Below are positions 9,714 to 20,137 of a stretch of DNA of 64,000 bases, piece by piece (position 1 is the stretch's first letter; each line of letters begins with the position of its first letter). The translations under genes were made by a program, and so were the position numbers. This DNA is from Bacteroidia bacterium (GTDB lineage: Bacteria > Bacteroidota > Bacteroidia > JADZBD01). The stretch is from positions 10,913-74,912 of the forward strand of contig JAGVMA010000068.1 in assembly GCA_020054095.1 (NCBI GenBank), given 5' to 3'. The notes beneath the pieces were generated by a model. It had not been told where the DNA came from. It ran no database searches and worked only from the letters and a program-made list of their open reading frames with translations.

Positions 9714-11611
9714 GTAAAAAAAATAATATAGCCGGCACGAAAAATAAAAAGCAGCAAAAAAACGACAGCTCCACTTATTATTTGCTGGTAATTATACTGG
9801 TTACGTTCATCGCTTTTTCCGAAATATTAAAAAACGATTTTGTGAATTTTGACGATCCACAATACGTTACCGAAAACCCTATTGTACAAGATTTAAACGC
9901 AGCTAACTTTAAATTGTTTTTTACTCAGCAATTTGTAGGCAACTACCAGCCGCTAACAATGCTTTTTTATGCTATTCAATTTAAATTTTTTGGAGCAACA
10001 GCAGGTAGTTTTCATTTTGTGAGTTTGCTTTTTCACATTTTTAACGCATTACTACTTTTCAAAATTGTAGAACATCTTTTTAAGAGCGATAGAACAGCGT
10101 TTATTGTAGCCATTCTCTTTGGCATCCATCCGTTACATGTGGAGTCAGTTGCGTGGATAGCTTCGCAAAAAGATGTGTTTTACACTTTATTTTTCTTACT
10201 TTCTATTTGGTACTATTTGCATTACAGAGCAAATAGGATAAGCAAGTATCTGATTTTTTCAGCACTGTTTTTTATTTGTTCCATTTTATGTAAAGCACAG
10301 GCAGTGGTTCTGCCCGTAGTTCTATTATTGCTCGATTATTTGCTTGAAGAAAAAATTATGCTTACACACTTGAAAAATAAATTGCTGTTTTTTTTATTGG
10401 CATTTGTGTTCGGGTTAATAGCAGTTAAAGCGCAAGGCCAAGCTGGTGCTATGCAAGATTTCACTTATTTCCGGTTTCATGAGCGCGTGTTGTTTGCATC
10501 TTATGCATTTGCAAATTATTTATATCAAACTATTTTGCCAGTTAAGCTTTCGGTTTTTTATCCCTACCCCGAAACCAATGGCGATATAAATAACAGTATG
10601 GTTTATCTCTCCGGCATTCTTGTTTTGGTGGTTCTTTTTTTAGTTTGGTATTTCCGCAAAGAAAAAATGATTGTATTTGGTTTTTTGTTTTTTTGCATAA
10701 CCATCGCACTGTTATTGCAGCTTATACCTGTGGGTGATGCAATTCATGCCGACCGCTACTCTTATCTTTCACTCATCGGATTGTTTGTTATTATCGGATG
10801 TTATCTTAACCGCTACATTGAAAAAAATGGAAACATTAAATATGTTGCAATGGCAGTTGGCGTTTTGCTTTTAGCGAAAACTTATTCGCAAACCGCAGTA
10901 TGGAATAATAATTTAGCACTTTATACAAATGCAATTAATATTGAACCAGCCGCCATCACATTAAGTAATCGTGGTGCCGAGTATTATAAGCAGGGTATGT
11001 TTACCGAAGCCCTTGCTGACTTTACTGAAGTGGTAAACTCTAAACCAAATTTTCCAAATATTTTTACAAATCGTGCGCTCACTTATCAGCAATTAGGAAA
11101 ACACACCGAAGCAATAGCTGATTTTTCATCCTCAATAAAAATTTATCCCACTAATTTTACGCTTTATGCTTCAAGAGCAATTTCTTACAAAGCGCTAAAA
11201 GAAACTCTAAAAGCAATTGACGATTATTCTCAGATTATTAAAATAAATGCCGGTGTAGTAGATGCTTGGTATGCGCGTGCCGAATTATACGGGCAGCAAA
11301 ACAAACTTAACGAAGCACTTGCCGATTTAACGGAAAGTATAAAGCTGAAACCTAACTTTTTTGAAGCATATAACAATCGCGCTATAGTTTATAGCATGAT
11401 GGGGAACCTAAACATGGCAATTGCCGACTACTCAAAAGCAATAGAAATTAATCCGAAGTTTTTTAATGCCTATGTAAACCGAGGCATTCTCTATAAAAAT
11501 GCAGGTGCATTTAAAGAAGCATTGGCCGATATTAATTTTGCAAAAGCGAATGGCTACCCGATTGACGAAAAGTTTTTGAATGAAATAGTTCAGTTGGCTG
11601 CCGGACAATAG
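9710..11611 (+). CDS. Polytopic membrane protein with C-terminal TPR repeats, likely a TMTC/PMT-like (DUF1736-type) glycosyltransferase
   Basis: N-terminal ~400 aa has many TM helices, including HFVSLLFH...HPLHVESVAWIASQKDV. C-terminal ~230 aa has about six TPR units. The ATGA overlaps the stop of the upstream gene. Confidence 0.55.
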   Translation: MSKKNNIAGTKNKKQQKNDSSTYYLLVIILVTFIAFSEILKNDFVNFDDPQYVTENPIVQDLNAANFKLFFTQQFVGNYQPLTMLFYAIQFKFFGATAGSFHFVSLLFHIFNALLLFKIVEHLFKSDRTAFIVAILFGIHPLHVESVAWIASQKDVFYTLFFLLSIWYYLHYRANRISKYLIFSALFFICSILCKAQAVVLPVVLLLLDYLLEEKIMLTHLKNKLLFFLLAFVFGLIAVKAQGQAGAMQDFTYFRFHERVLFASYAFANYLYQTILPVKLSVFYPYPETNGDINNSMVYLSGILVLVVLFLVWYFRKEKMIVFGFLFFCITIALLLQLIPVGDAIHADRYSYLSLIGLFVIIGCYLNRYIEKNGNIKYVAMAVGVLLLAKTYSQTAVWNNNLALYTNAINIEPAAITLSNRGAEYYKQGMFTEALADFTEVVNSKPNFPNIFTNRALTYQQLGKHTEAIADFSSSIKIYPTNFTLYASRAISYKALKETLKAIDDYSQIIKINAGVVDAWYARAELYGQQNKLNEALADLTESIKLKPNFFEAYNNRAIVYSMMGNLNMAIADYSKAIEINPKFFNAYVNRGILYKNAGAFKEALADINFAKANGYPIDEKFLNEIVQLAAGQ

Positions 11612-11661
11612 CAGTGGCCGAAATGTTTAGTGCGAAAATAAATTCTTCATTTGTTTAGAAA

Positions 11662-11694
11662 AAAATAAGCTGCTTTTAAGGCAGCTTATTTTCG
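11662..11694. terminator. Bidirectional rho-independent terminator between convergent genes
   Basis: A-run, then an 8-bp stem (taagctgc / gcagctta) with loop ttttaag, then TTTTCG. Confidence 0.7.
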
Positions 11695-11709
11695 TAGTTA
11701 AGGCAACTG

Positions 11710-13650
11710 TTAATTAATAATAATTTGTTTTTGAACTGTTGAGCCATCTGTGATAACTCTTAATGAATAAACGCCTTGCGCTAAATTGCTAATTGCAATT
11801 TTGTTGTTCACTACACGCCCGGTGTAAACCACTTTACCTAAAGCATCCACAATTTCTAATACAGCATTAGAAATATTTGGCAATTCAATAAAGAAATTAC
11901 CATTGCTTGGGTTAGGATAAACAGATAAGTTTTCGGCAGTTAATTCTTCGGTTACCGATGTTGGGAAAGAAACAGCAACCGTGTTAGTTGTTGAGCATCC
12001 AATAGCATCAGTAATTACTACCGTGTAGATGCCTGGCATTAAACCGGTAGCAGTTTGTGTAGTTTGTCCGTTGCTCCATGAATATGTGTAAGGGCCAATT
12101 CCGCCAACAGGTGTTGCAGTTGCGTTTCCATCGGTACAATTGCCACAAGAGGCATCCACAAAACTTGTATCAGATGCAATTGGTGAATTAGCACAAGTAG
12201 CAAAGTTTGGTCTTATAACATAAGATTTTGCAAAGTTACTCCCGAAATCTTCCGGATTTGACCAGCCGCCATTAGGGTTAGTAGGCCAGTTTACCCAACC
12301 TCTGTTATTGGTAAAGCGGTTGTTTGTTTGTCCAAGTTGAATGGTACTGTCAGCCGGAAATTCTACCATTGTAACTGCATATCGGCCGGTATTTAGCATC
12401 ATTGCATTGTTACGAATGTCTAATGTGTAGAAACGCGCAGAATCATCAGGATACAAAATTGTATCAGTACCGCCAATAATACTGTTAGGCATTCCGTTCA
12501 CCATGTCCCAAATTACGATTGCACACCTTCTGCCTGTGTAACCGCGGGTAACATAAGCTGATACTGATGATACATAAGCAGGATTTACAATAATAAAATC
12601 TTGACCAACATAACCTCCATTGCCGGCACCAATTCCTAAGCCCCCCACCACAGTAGCATCATCGCGTCCGTAAACGCTATCGGTAATATCCACATAGTTT
12701 GATACCGTCATCGAATCGTTGCCCATGATTTGGTCAGCTTCATTTATCAGTACTTTATATTTAATAGAGTACACATCAACAACACTTGGTGCAAAACCCG
12801 GAACAGTTAATACCGATGTTGCATTAGGTGCTAAAGTAGGTACAGCGTTGCTTGTAGAGGTATAAACTAATGTGTTAGTGCTGTTCATCACATCCACTTT
12901 TAAACGAACATTAGTTACATTTTGTAAACCATTGTTACGTACTGTAGCTGTTAAATCAAGTGGTTGTGTTTCTACTAATGGAATTAAAGTATATTCAGTA
13001 GCAGTATCGGCCATGAGTACCGATGCATCGTAATTGGTTTGTTGTTCCACCACCACATCATCTATTAACAATAAAAATTTATCGTTAGAGTTATTGCGGA
13101 ATGCGATACGAACTGTTTGCCCGGTGTAGGCAGATAAGCTAAGTTGGCGAGCAGTCCAAGTTGTGTTTTCGGCAGCTATGGTGAATAATTGCGTTGATGC
13201 CGAAACCATGTTGCCAAGGTTTCCGGTAGTGCCCGTAGGTACGTTTGGCGATACCATTATTCTTATTTCATAACCATCAGGGTAAGAAGCATCGTAAGTA
13301 ACTGCATTCCATTTAAAAACACAATTAGGTGTGATGTTAATTGGAGGCGTCCACATCCAATCATCTGCTGCACCGGCAGGTGCGTACCACGATGTGCTAA
13401 ATGCGCACGAGTCAGCTACGTTAAACGAAAAATCTTCGCGTCTTTCCCACGCATCATTAACATAAGCTACAGAGGCAGCCGGTGTGCGGTTATCTACGTT
13501 TACCAGCATCCAGCCAGCCGGAAATTGGTAAGTACCAGCGCCACCACTTGTGGGGCCTCCTACAAAATCAAAATCTTCTTGAAATATAATTTGACCATTA
13601 ACGGTACCAATTAATAAAATGCCAGAAACAATTAGTAATAGTTTTTTCAT
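11710..13650 (-). CDS. T9SS-secreted surface protein with a choice-of-anchor-J-like N-domain and a SprB repeat
   Basis: Signal peptide. N-domain FQEDFDF...AGWMLVNVDN...DDWMWTP. SprB-type repeat (CGNCTDGNATATPVGGIGPYTYSWSNGQT...ITDAIGC). C-terminal T9SS tail (LSVYPNPSNGNFFIEL...GVYSLRV). Confidence 0.7.
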   Translation of the reverse strand: MKKLLLIVSGILLIGTVNGQIIFQEDFDFVGGPTSGGAGTYQFPAGWMLVNVDNRTPAASVAYVNDAWERREDFSFNVADSCAFSTSWYAPAGAADDWMWTPPINITPNCVFKWNAVTYDASYPDGYEIRIMVSPNVPTGTTGNLGNMVSASTQLFTIAAENTTWTARQLSLSAYTGQTVRIAFRNNSNDKFLLLIDDVVVEQQTNYDASVLMADTATEYTLIPLVETQPLDLTATVRNNGLQNVTNVRLKVDVMNSTNTLVYTSTSNAVPTLAPNATSVLTVPGFAPSVVDVYSIKYKVLINEADQIMGNDSMTVSNYVDITDSVYGRDDATVVGGLGIGAGNGGYVGQDFIIVNPAYVSSVSAYVTRGYTGRRCAIVIWDMVNGMPNSIIGGTDTILYPDDSARFYTLDIRNNAMMLNTGRYAVTMVEFPADSTIQLGQTNNRFTNNRGWVNWPTNPNGGWSNPEDFGSNFAKSYVIRPNFATCANSPIASDTSFVDASCGNCTDGNATATPVGGIGPYTYSWSNGQTTQTATGLMPGIYTVVITDAIGCSTTNTVAVSFPTSVTEELTAENLSVYPNPSNGNFFIELPNISNAVLEIVDALGKVVYTGRVVNNKIAISNLAQGVYSLRVITDGSTVQKQIIIN

Positions 13651-13729
13651 GTATTTGAATGTTTTTTAGTTTGGGCGCAAAAGTATTGTAAATGCCCAAC
13701 TACGCAATAATTAGTAGATATAATGTTAA

Positions 13730-14014
13730 TTATTTTTTTACAATCACAAAAATATCCTCGTTGTCTTTTTTCATGAGGTATTTTTCGCGGGCAAATTTTT
13801 CTAAGTTCCCTTTGTTGGTTTGCAACTCCATCATTTCGCGCTTGTTTTGTTCGGTTTCGGTTTTGTAGTAATCGCGCTCGGTTTCTAATTTTTTTAATTT
13901 GCTGGTGAGTTCATATTGCGAAAACAAATCGTTTTTATCAAAAAAGGTAACCCACACCGCTAAAAACAGAAGTGTGATGATGTATTTGTTTTTGAAAAGT
14001 TTTAAAATTCGCAT
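13730..14014 (-). CDS. Septum formation initiator (FtsB/DivIC-like) protein
   Basis: 94 aa: one TM helix, then a coiled coil (LETERDYYKTETEQNKREMMELQ), then a KFAREKYLMKKDNEDIFVI tail, as in Bacteroidota FtsB-like proteins. Confidence 0.55.
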   Translation of the reverse strand: MRILKLFKNKYIITLLFLAVWVTFFDKNDLFSQYELTSKLKKLETERDYYKTETEQNKREMMELQTNKGNLEKFAREKYLMKKDNEDIFVIVKK

Positions 14015-14102
14015 GGCACAAATTTATTTCGCATTTTTATACTGTGAAAATGTATCCTTTTCAGGTTTTATGCGTTAAACAGCAGTTCTCAATTCATAGA
14101 TA

Positions 14103-14855
14103 ATGATAAAAAATACCCTAATTATGTCAGCAGTTAGTTTTGCAATAATATTGCCCAGTTCTTTTATTGACGAAAGCTTTAAGGCATCGCAGCAAAAAAA
14201 TACAAGGGTTAAAACGGCCTACACCGATAAGGAAAAAACAGTTGCCGATTTGCTGAAAGCTAAAAATATCAACATTTTATCGGTTAATATCTTCATCCGA
14301 GTATTTAAGCAAGACGGAATATTGGAACTGTGGGCGAAAAATAAATCGGATGTATCTTATCAGTTACTTAACGCATATCCTATATGTGCTATGAGCGGAA
14401 CCATTGGCCCCAAACGGAAAATGGGCGATATGCAAACGCCCGAGGGCTTTTATCATATTGACAGATTTAACCCCGCAAGCAATTTTTTTCTATCACTTGG
14501 CATAAATTATCCTAATAGCTCAGATAAAATATTTAGCAAAGGACACAACCCGGGTGGCGATATTTTTATTCACGGTAATTGCGTTTCTATCGGCTGCATG
14601 GCAATTACCGATGATTTGATAAAAGAGGTTTACATTTTGGCAGTAGAAGCTAAAAACAATGGTCAGCAAAAAATTCCGGTGCACATTTTTCCATTTAAAC
14701 TAACAGATGATAATATCGCCAAACAAAAAAAAGGAGTTGAACAATCAACCATTGATTTATGGAATAACCTAAAAGCAGGTTTTAATTTTTTTGAAGAAAA
14801 AAAAACCTTGCCAAAAATCGCTGTTTCTACTACCGGAAAATACATTTTTAGCTAA
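14103..14855 (+). CDS. L,D-transpeptidase (YkuD)-family protein
   Basis: Catalytic-type motif IHGNCVSIGCMAITDD (H...G.S.GC). Confidence 0.5.
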   Translation: MIKNTLIMSAVSFAIILPSSFIDESFKASQQKNTRVKTAYTDKEKTVADLLKAKNINILSVNIFIRVFKQDGILELWAKNKSDVSYQLLNAYPICAMSGTIGPKRKMGDMQTPEGFYHIDRFNPASNFFLSLGINYPNSSDKIFSKGHNPGGDIFIHGNCVSIGCMAITDDLIKEVYILAVEAKNNGQQKIPVHIFPFKLTDDNIAKQKKGVEQSTIDLWNNLKAGFNFFEEKKTLPKIAVSTTGKYIFS

Positions 14856-14908
14856 CTGAGTATTTCATATTTATTTACCTTGTAACCCTATAAGTTTTAC
14901 AAATCAAC

Positions 14909-17900
14909 ATGAGCAAGAAACTCTATTTTACAGCCGTACTCTCACTTATTTTTTCAGCGATTTTATTTTCACAAGGAAGAATAAAGCCATTAGTAAAATC
15001 ATCAGAAGTTATTAATGAAGGTATAAAGCTACACGATGCCGAAAAGTACGATGATGCAATTGCAAAATACAAATCAATAAACCGAAACGATAGTAATTAT
15101 GTGTATGCAATGGCAGAATTGTCGTACTCCTATTTTTCGAATAAACAGCACAACGCTGCGGTTGATTTATGTAAAGAAATGCTAAAGAAAGCAAAAACAT
15201 ATCGCTACATGTTTTACAACTCGCTTGGAAATTCGTTAGATGAACTTAACCGAACAGAAGAAGGTATTGCGGCATATAAGCAAGGCTTGGCCGAATTTAG
15301 GCACCAATATTTGTTAGCATTTAACTTGGGAGTAGCTTACAATAAAATTGAAAATGCCGATTCGGCATTACACTACTTGCAAAAAGCAGTTATCATAAAT
15401 CCTTACCACGCATCAAGCCATTTACTAATTGGCAATATTGCTTTAAAGCAGGGCCGAGTTCCGCATGCATTTATGGCCTATAGTTTTTTTCTTACTATGG
15501 AACCTGAATCTGAGCGCGCCCGCGAAATAGTTTTGAAAATGGATAAAGTAGCATCTGACGATTATGAATTTGATAAAACCAAACTTGTTGACCCATCAAA
15601 ATTCAAGAACGATAATTTTGATGACATAGCAGATTTAATGAAAACCAAAATTGCGTTAGCTAAAAAATACAAATCGGTTTCTAAATTAGAATTTCCTATT
15701 ACAAAGCAAATGCAGCTGATGCTCGAAAAACTAAAGTATAACGAAAATGATAAAGGATTTTTCATGCAATTCTACGTGCCTTATTACACCGAGCTATGGA
15801 AAAAAGGTCAGTTTAAAGCTTATGCCTATTATCAGTTAGCAAGCGTAGGTATTGAGAAAGTGCAAGATTGGTTAAAAGGCAACAAAAGTAAAACTGGTGC
15901 ATTTGAAAAATGGGCTGTTGATTATATCAAAAAGCAGCAGAAGCAAATGCCGGAGGTGGTGAACGGTAAAGAGCAAAAACTAACTCGCTGGTATTATCAA
16001 GATCATTTGCTTGAAGCATTGGGCGATAAAACGCTTGATGGGAAATACAAAGGCGATTGGGTGTTCTTTTATTATGGCGGAATAAAATCTGCCGAAGGTT
16101 CATTTGATGCAAAAGGCGAAAAAACAGGCGAATGGAAATGGTATTACAAAGATGGTACGCTGCAAGAAAAATCAATATTTGTTAATGGTCAGCGCGATGG
16201 CATACTCGAACTTTATCACGAAAACGGAGTTATAATGCGCTCCACCACATTTAAAAATGGAAAGCGAAACGGGTCGTTAAAGGAATACTATTCTACAGGC
16301 GAATTAAAATCAGAAGGAAACATTGTGAACGAAAAAACAGAAGGATTGGTGAAATATTATTTCCCGAACGGCAAGCTGAGATATGAAATAAATTATAAAG
16401 CTGATGAATTGGATGGCAGTTTTGTGATGTATCACAACAATGGCAAAATAGATACGAAAGCAAATTTTGTAAACGGCAAAAAACAAGGCAAAGCCGAATA
16501 TTTTTTCGCTGACGGACAATTAGAGCAAGAAGGCGGATTTAAAGACGATAAACAATTTGGCGATTGGAAATTTTATTTTGATGAGGGCAAGCTAAAGCGC
16601 GTTTCAAAGTTTAATGAAAAAGGACAATACGCAGGCGAGTACAAAGAGTATTACCGAAACGGAAAAGTAAAATCGGAAGCAAATTATACTTCTAATGGAA
16701 AGCCCGATGGTCCTTACAAAGAATACATGAAAGACGGAACTTTGTGGAGCGAGTTGGTATACAAAGGCGAGCAATTACAATCTTATAAATACTTCGATAA
16801 AGCAGGCACAGTAATTTCGCAAGGCGAAAAATCAGGCAAGAAAATTAAAGTGCTTGCAAAATATCAAAACGGAAATAATAAAGCTGAAGGAGAATATTTG
16901 GGAACTGAAAAAGATGGCGAGTGGAAATTTTATGATGTTTATGGAAACTTGTCGTCAGTTGAAAACTACAAAGATGGAAAATTAGAGGGCTCCGTAAAAA
17001 ATTATTTTGATAACGGTAACTTGCGAATAGAGCGAGAATACATTGATGATACGGAAGATGGTTACGCGAAATTTTATTACAGAAATGGAGTTTTAAAATC
17101 CGAAGGATGGTACAAAGGCGGAACCGAGCAAGGTGAATGGACTACTTATTTCTTGAATGGAAGAGTGAAAGAGCGGAGCTATTTTGAATCGGGCGAGGAA
17201 AGCGGCTACCAAATGTTTTATACACCACAAGGGTTTTTAAAATACGAGATGCTTTACAAATATGGCTTTTTAAACTCAGCTTGTTATTACGACTCTACAG
17301 GGAAAATTACTGACGAAATAAAACTAAACAATGGCGATGGCGATTATATTATTCACTTCCCAAACGGAAAAGAGTATGCAAAAATTAATTACAAAAATGG
17401 ATTGGCCGAAGGCAATTCAATATTTTACACTCCATCAGGAAAAATAATTGAAGAAGGTAATTATACAAACGATAAGCGCATTGGATTATGGAAGGGAAAT
17501 TACGACAACGGCAATCCTGAATTTGAACACAATTATTTTGATGGTTATTTACAAGGCAATGCAAAATGGTATCACGAAGACGGCAACCTTTCATCCGAAT
17601 CGGAATACAGTGCAGGGGATTTTCATGGTCCGCGAAAAAACTATTACAGCAATAAGCAATTAGAAAAAGATGCAAATTATGAAGATGATAAAGCCGAAGG
17701 CATTTTTAGCTACTATTCTCCAGATGGCGCGCTTATGAACAAACGAATGTTCGAGAGCGATGTGATGCTGTGGTACACATATCTGGGTAAAGATGGAAAA
17801 CAATTGGCAAGTATTTCGATGGTGAACGAAACGGGCAAGATGATTACCTATTTCCAAAACGGAAATAAATCACAAGAGCAAGAATATAGAAAAGGATACT

Positions 17901-18211
17901 TAGTAAATAATCGTGTGTTATATTACTCTACTGGAAAAATATTTAAAGAAGAGTTTTATAAAGATGGTTACCAAGAAGGCATAACTAAAGAATTTTATGC
18001 AAGCGGCACGTTAAAAAAAGAAGAGAATTACTTTGTGGATATGCTGCATGGATATTCAAAGCAATATCACGATAACGGAAAGCCAAGCCAAAATGGAGAA
18101 TATGTGTACGGAGAAAAACATGGTGAGTGGAAAATTTTTGATAAAACAGGTAAACTTATTTTAACCAAGTATTATAATAATGGTGTTTTGTATGATGAAA
18201 AAAACAATTAG
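14909..18211 (+). CDS. Large secreted repeat protein: N-terminal TPR region followed by ~35 MORN-variant (YwqK-like) repeats
   Basis: Signal peptide. TPR-like helices at aa 30-200. After that, ~23-aa repeats of the form G(E/K)W..YY.NGKLK.EG.Y.NGK..G (MORN variant). Confidence 0.7.
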   Translation: MSKKLYFTAVLSLIFSAILFSQGRIKPLVKSSEVINEGIKLHDAEKYDDAIAKYKSINRNDSNYVYAMAELSYSYFSNKQHNAAVDLCKEMLKKAKTYRYMFYNSLGNSLDELNRTEEGIAAYKQGLAEFRHQYLLAFNLGVAYNKIENADSALHYLQKAVIINPYHASSHLLIGNIALKQGRVPHAFMAYSFFLTMEPESERAREIVLKMDKVASDDYEFDKTKLVDPSKFKNDNFDDIADLMKTKIALAKKYKSVSKLEFPITKQMQLMLEKLKYNENDKGFFMQFYVPYYTELWKKGQFKAYAYYQLASVGIEKVQDWLKGNKSKTGAFEKWAVDYIKKQQKQMPEVVNGKEQKLTRWYYQDHLLEALGDKTLDGKYKGDWVFFYYGGIKSAEGSFDAKGEKTGEWKWYYKDGTLQEKSIFVNGQRDGILELYHENGVIMRSTTFKNGKRNGSLKEYYSTGELKSEGNIVNEKTEGLVKYYFPNGKLRYEINYKADELDGSFVMYHNNGKIDTKANFVNGKKQGKAEYFFADGQLEQEGGFKDDKQFGDWKFYFDEGKLKRVSKFNEKGQYAGEYKEYYRNGKVKSEANYTSNGKPDGPYKEYMKDGTLWSELVYKGEQLQSYKYFDKAGTVISQGEKSGKKIKVLAKYQNGNNKAEGEYLGTEKDGEWKFYDVYGNLSSVENYKDGKLEGSVKNYFDNGNLRIEREYIDDTEDGYAKFYYRNGVLKSEGWYKGGTEQGEWTTYFLNGRVKERSYFESGEESGYQMFYTPQGFLKYEMLYKYGFLNSACYYDSTGKITDEIKLNNGDGDYIIHFPNGKEYAKINYKNGLAEGNSIFYTPSGKIIEEGNYTNDKRIGLWKGNYDNGNPEFEHNYFDGYLQGNAKWYHEDGNLSSESEYSAGDFHGPRKNYYSNKQLEKDANYEDDKAEGIFSYYSPDGALMNKRMFESDVMLWYTYLGKDGKQLASISMVNETGKMITYFQNGNKSQEQEYRKGYLVNNRVLYYSTGKIFKEEFYKDGYQEGITKEFYASGTLKKEENYFVDMLHGYSKQYHDNGKPSQNGEYVYGEKHGEWKIFDKTGKLILTKYYNNGVLYDEKNN

Positions 18212-20129
18212 TTCGGTATTCATTTTTGCTTTTTTAACGGCATCTGTTTTTGCGCAATCAGAAGAAGACTTGGCTGCTATTAAAGAAACGTATAAAAAAG
18301 AAAATGCCGTTTATCTTACCCGAAAAGAAAGTTCGGTGATAAAAGTTGAAGCTGATGGTATAAAAATTTACACCAGCCATCAAGAGGAAATGCTCATGCT
18401 AACAACAAGTGCATCGCTTTATTCCGAGCGCTCTATTTCATCATCACATTTTGAAAAATTGGATAAAATAGACGCAAAAACCCTGGTGCCAAATGAAAAC
18501 GGAAAAGGTTATAGAACATATACGGTTTCTAATTTTAAAACCGAGAGCGATATTAGCAGCGGTGTTTTTTACGATGATTATAAAAATACTTCGTTTTATT
18601 TTCCTGGAATGCAAAAGGGGGCACGTGCAATTTTAAATTACAAAGATGTTTTATCCGAGCCGCGTTTTTTTGGCGCATTCTTTTTTAGCTCGTATGTGCC
18701 TGTGCATAAAACTGAGTTTTCCGTAATCGTTCCATCATCAGTAAAAATAAACTACAAGCTTTTTAACCTGAATGAACAAGATGTAAATTTTACTCGAACA
18801 AAATCGGGAAGCAATACCATTTACTCTTGGAAAATGACCGGAGTTAAAAAATTTAGTTTTGAAGACGATGCCCCAAACATTCGCTATTATGCGCCACACG
18901 TTGTTGTGCAGATAGATAGTTACACAATAAAGGGCAATACAATAAAGCTACTGTCAGATGTTTCTGCACTTTACAGTTGGTATTCATCAATGGTAAAAGA
19001 TGTGAATAAAGAAGACGATTCGCAGTTAAAAAACATAACCGATTCGCTTGTTAAAGACCAACAAAACGAATTAGATAAAGTGAAAAAAATATTTTATTGG
19101 GTACAAGACAATATAAAATATGTAGCTTTTGAAGATGGCATGGGCGGCTTTATTCCGCGCGAAGCATCAAAAATATGTGAGCGCAGATATGGCGATTGCA
19201 AAGACATGGCAAGCATTATCACAACAATGTTAAAGTATGCGGGTATCAAAGCTTATCTCACTTGGATAGGCACACGCGATATTCCATACACTTATGCGCA
19301 AGTGCCCGCACCTTTTTCAGATAACCACATGATTGCAACTTATATTTCGCCCGATGGCAAATATTATTTTTTGGATGGAACAGGTAAAAATGCCGCTATT
19401 GATATGCCTACTTCTATGATACAGGGCAAAGAAGCGCTGATAGGAAAAACCGAAAAAGATTTTGAAGTAGTTAAAGTCCCTGAAATGCCTAAGGAAACCA
19501 ATTTGTATGCCGACACAGCCAATTTATTTATCATTGATAATACACTTAAAGGGCATGGCAGCGCAAGCTGCACTGGTTACGATAAAATCAGAGTATCGTA
19601 TCAGATGCAAAACTATACCGAAGAAGACAAACTGAAGATTATAAAAGGATATGTGCAAAAGGGCAGTAATAAGTTTTCTGTTGATTCAATAAAGTATTCA
19701 AATTTATTTGAAAGAGAAAAGCTGCTTTTGCTCAATTACAAATTCAAATTGCCCGATTATTTAAAAATTAATGGCAACGAAATGTATTTGAACATGAACC
19801 TCGATAAATCCTGGCAAGGTGATTTGATTGATATTGCGGAGCGAACATCGCCCAGAGAGATGGATCATAAGTTTATTAACAAGCACGTTACAGTTATTGA
19901 AATTCCTGCAGGATATACTGTTACTTATATTCCTGAATCAACTAAATACGAGAATATAGAATTTGGTTACGAAATGAAATATTTTCAAATGGGGAACAAA
20001 TTATACTTACAAAAACAATTATACATTGATGTGCTTGTAATCGAATTGTCTGATTTTGAGGAATGGAACAAAATGATAAAACAACTAAACAAGGCCTATA
20101 ACGAAAGCATAATAATTAAAAAGAAATAA
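18192..20129 (+). CDS. DUF3857/DUF3858-type protein with a transglutaminase-like core
   Basis: Signal peptide (MKKTISSVFIFAFLTASVFAQ). Transglutaminase-like Cys motif (RYGDCKDMASIITTMLKYAGIKAY). Confidence 0.6.
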   Translation: MMKKTISSVFIFAFLTASVFAQSEEDLAAIKETYKKENAVYLTRKESSVIKVEADGIKIYTSHQEEMLMLTTSASLYSERSISSSHFEKLDKIDAKTLVPNENGKGYRTYTVSNFKTESDISSGVFYDDYKNTSFYFPGMQKGARAILNYKDVLSEPRFFGAFFFSSYVPVHKTEFSVIVPSSVKINYKLFNLNEQDVNFTRTKSGSNTIYSWKMTGVKKFSFEDDAPNIRYYAPHVVVQIDSYTIKGNTIKLLSDVSALYSWYSSMVKDVNKEDDSQLKNITDSLVKDQQNELDKVKKIFYWVQDNIKYVAFEDGMGGFIPREASKICERRYGDCKDMASIITTMLKYAGIKAYLTWIGTRDIPYTYAQVPAPFSDNHMIATYISPDGKYYFLDGTGKNAAIDMPTSMIQGKEALIGKTEKDFEVVKVPEMPKETNLYADTANLFIIDNTLKGHGSASCTGYDKIRVSYQMQNYTEEDKLKIIKGYVQKGSNKFSVDSIKYSNLFEREKLLLLNYKFKLPDYLKINGNEMYLNMNLDKSWQGDLIDIAERTSPREMDHKFINKHVTVIEIPAGYTVTYIPESTKYENIEFGYEMKYFQMGNKLYLQKQLYIDVLVIELSDFEEWNKMIKQLNKAYNESIIIKKK

Positions 20130-20137
20130 ATGAGATT

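Noticed and set aside
14909-18211. Toxin-antitoxin (YwqK antitoxin) interpretation of the MORN-variant protein
   Set aside because: It is 1100 aa, secreted (signal peptide) and TPR-fused, with no adjacent toxin gene. It is a structural repeat protein and not a TA module.
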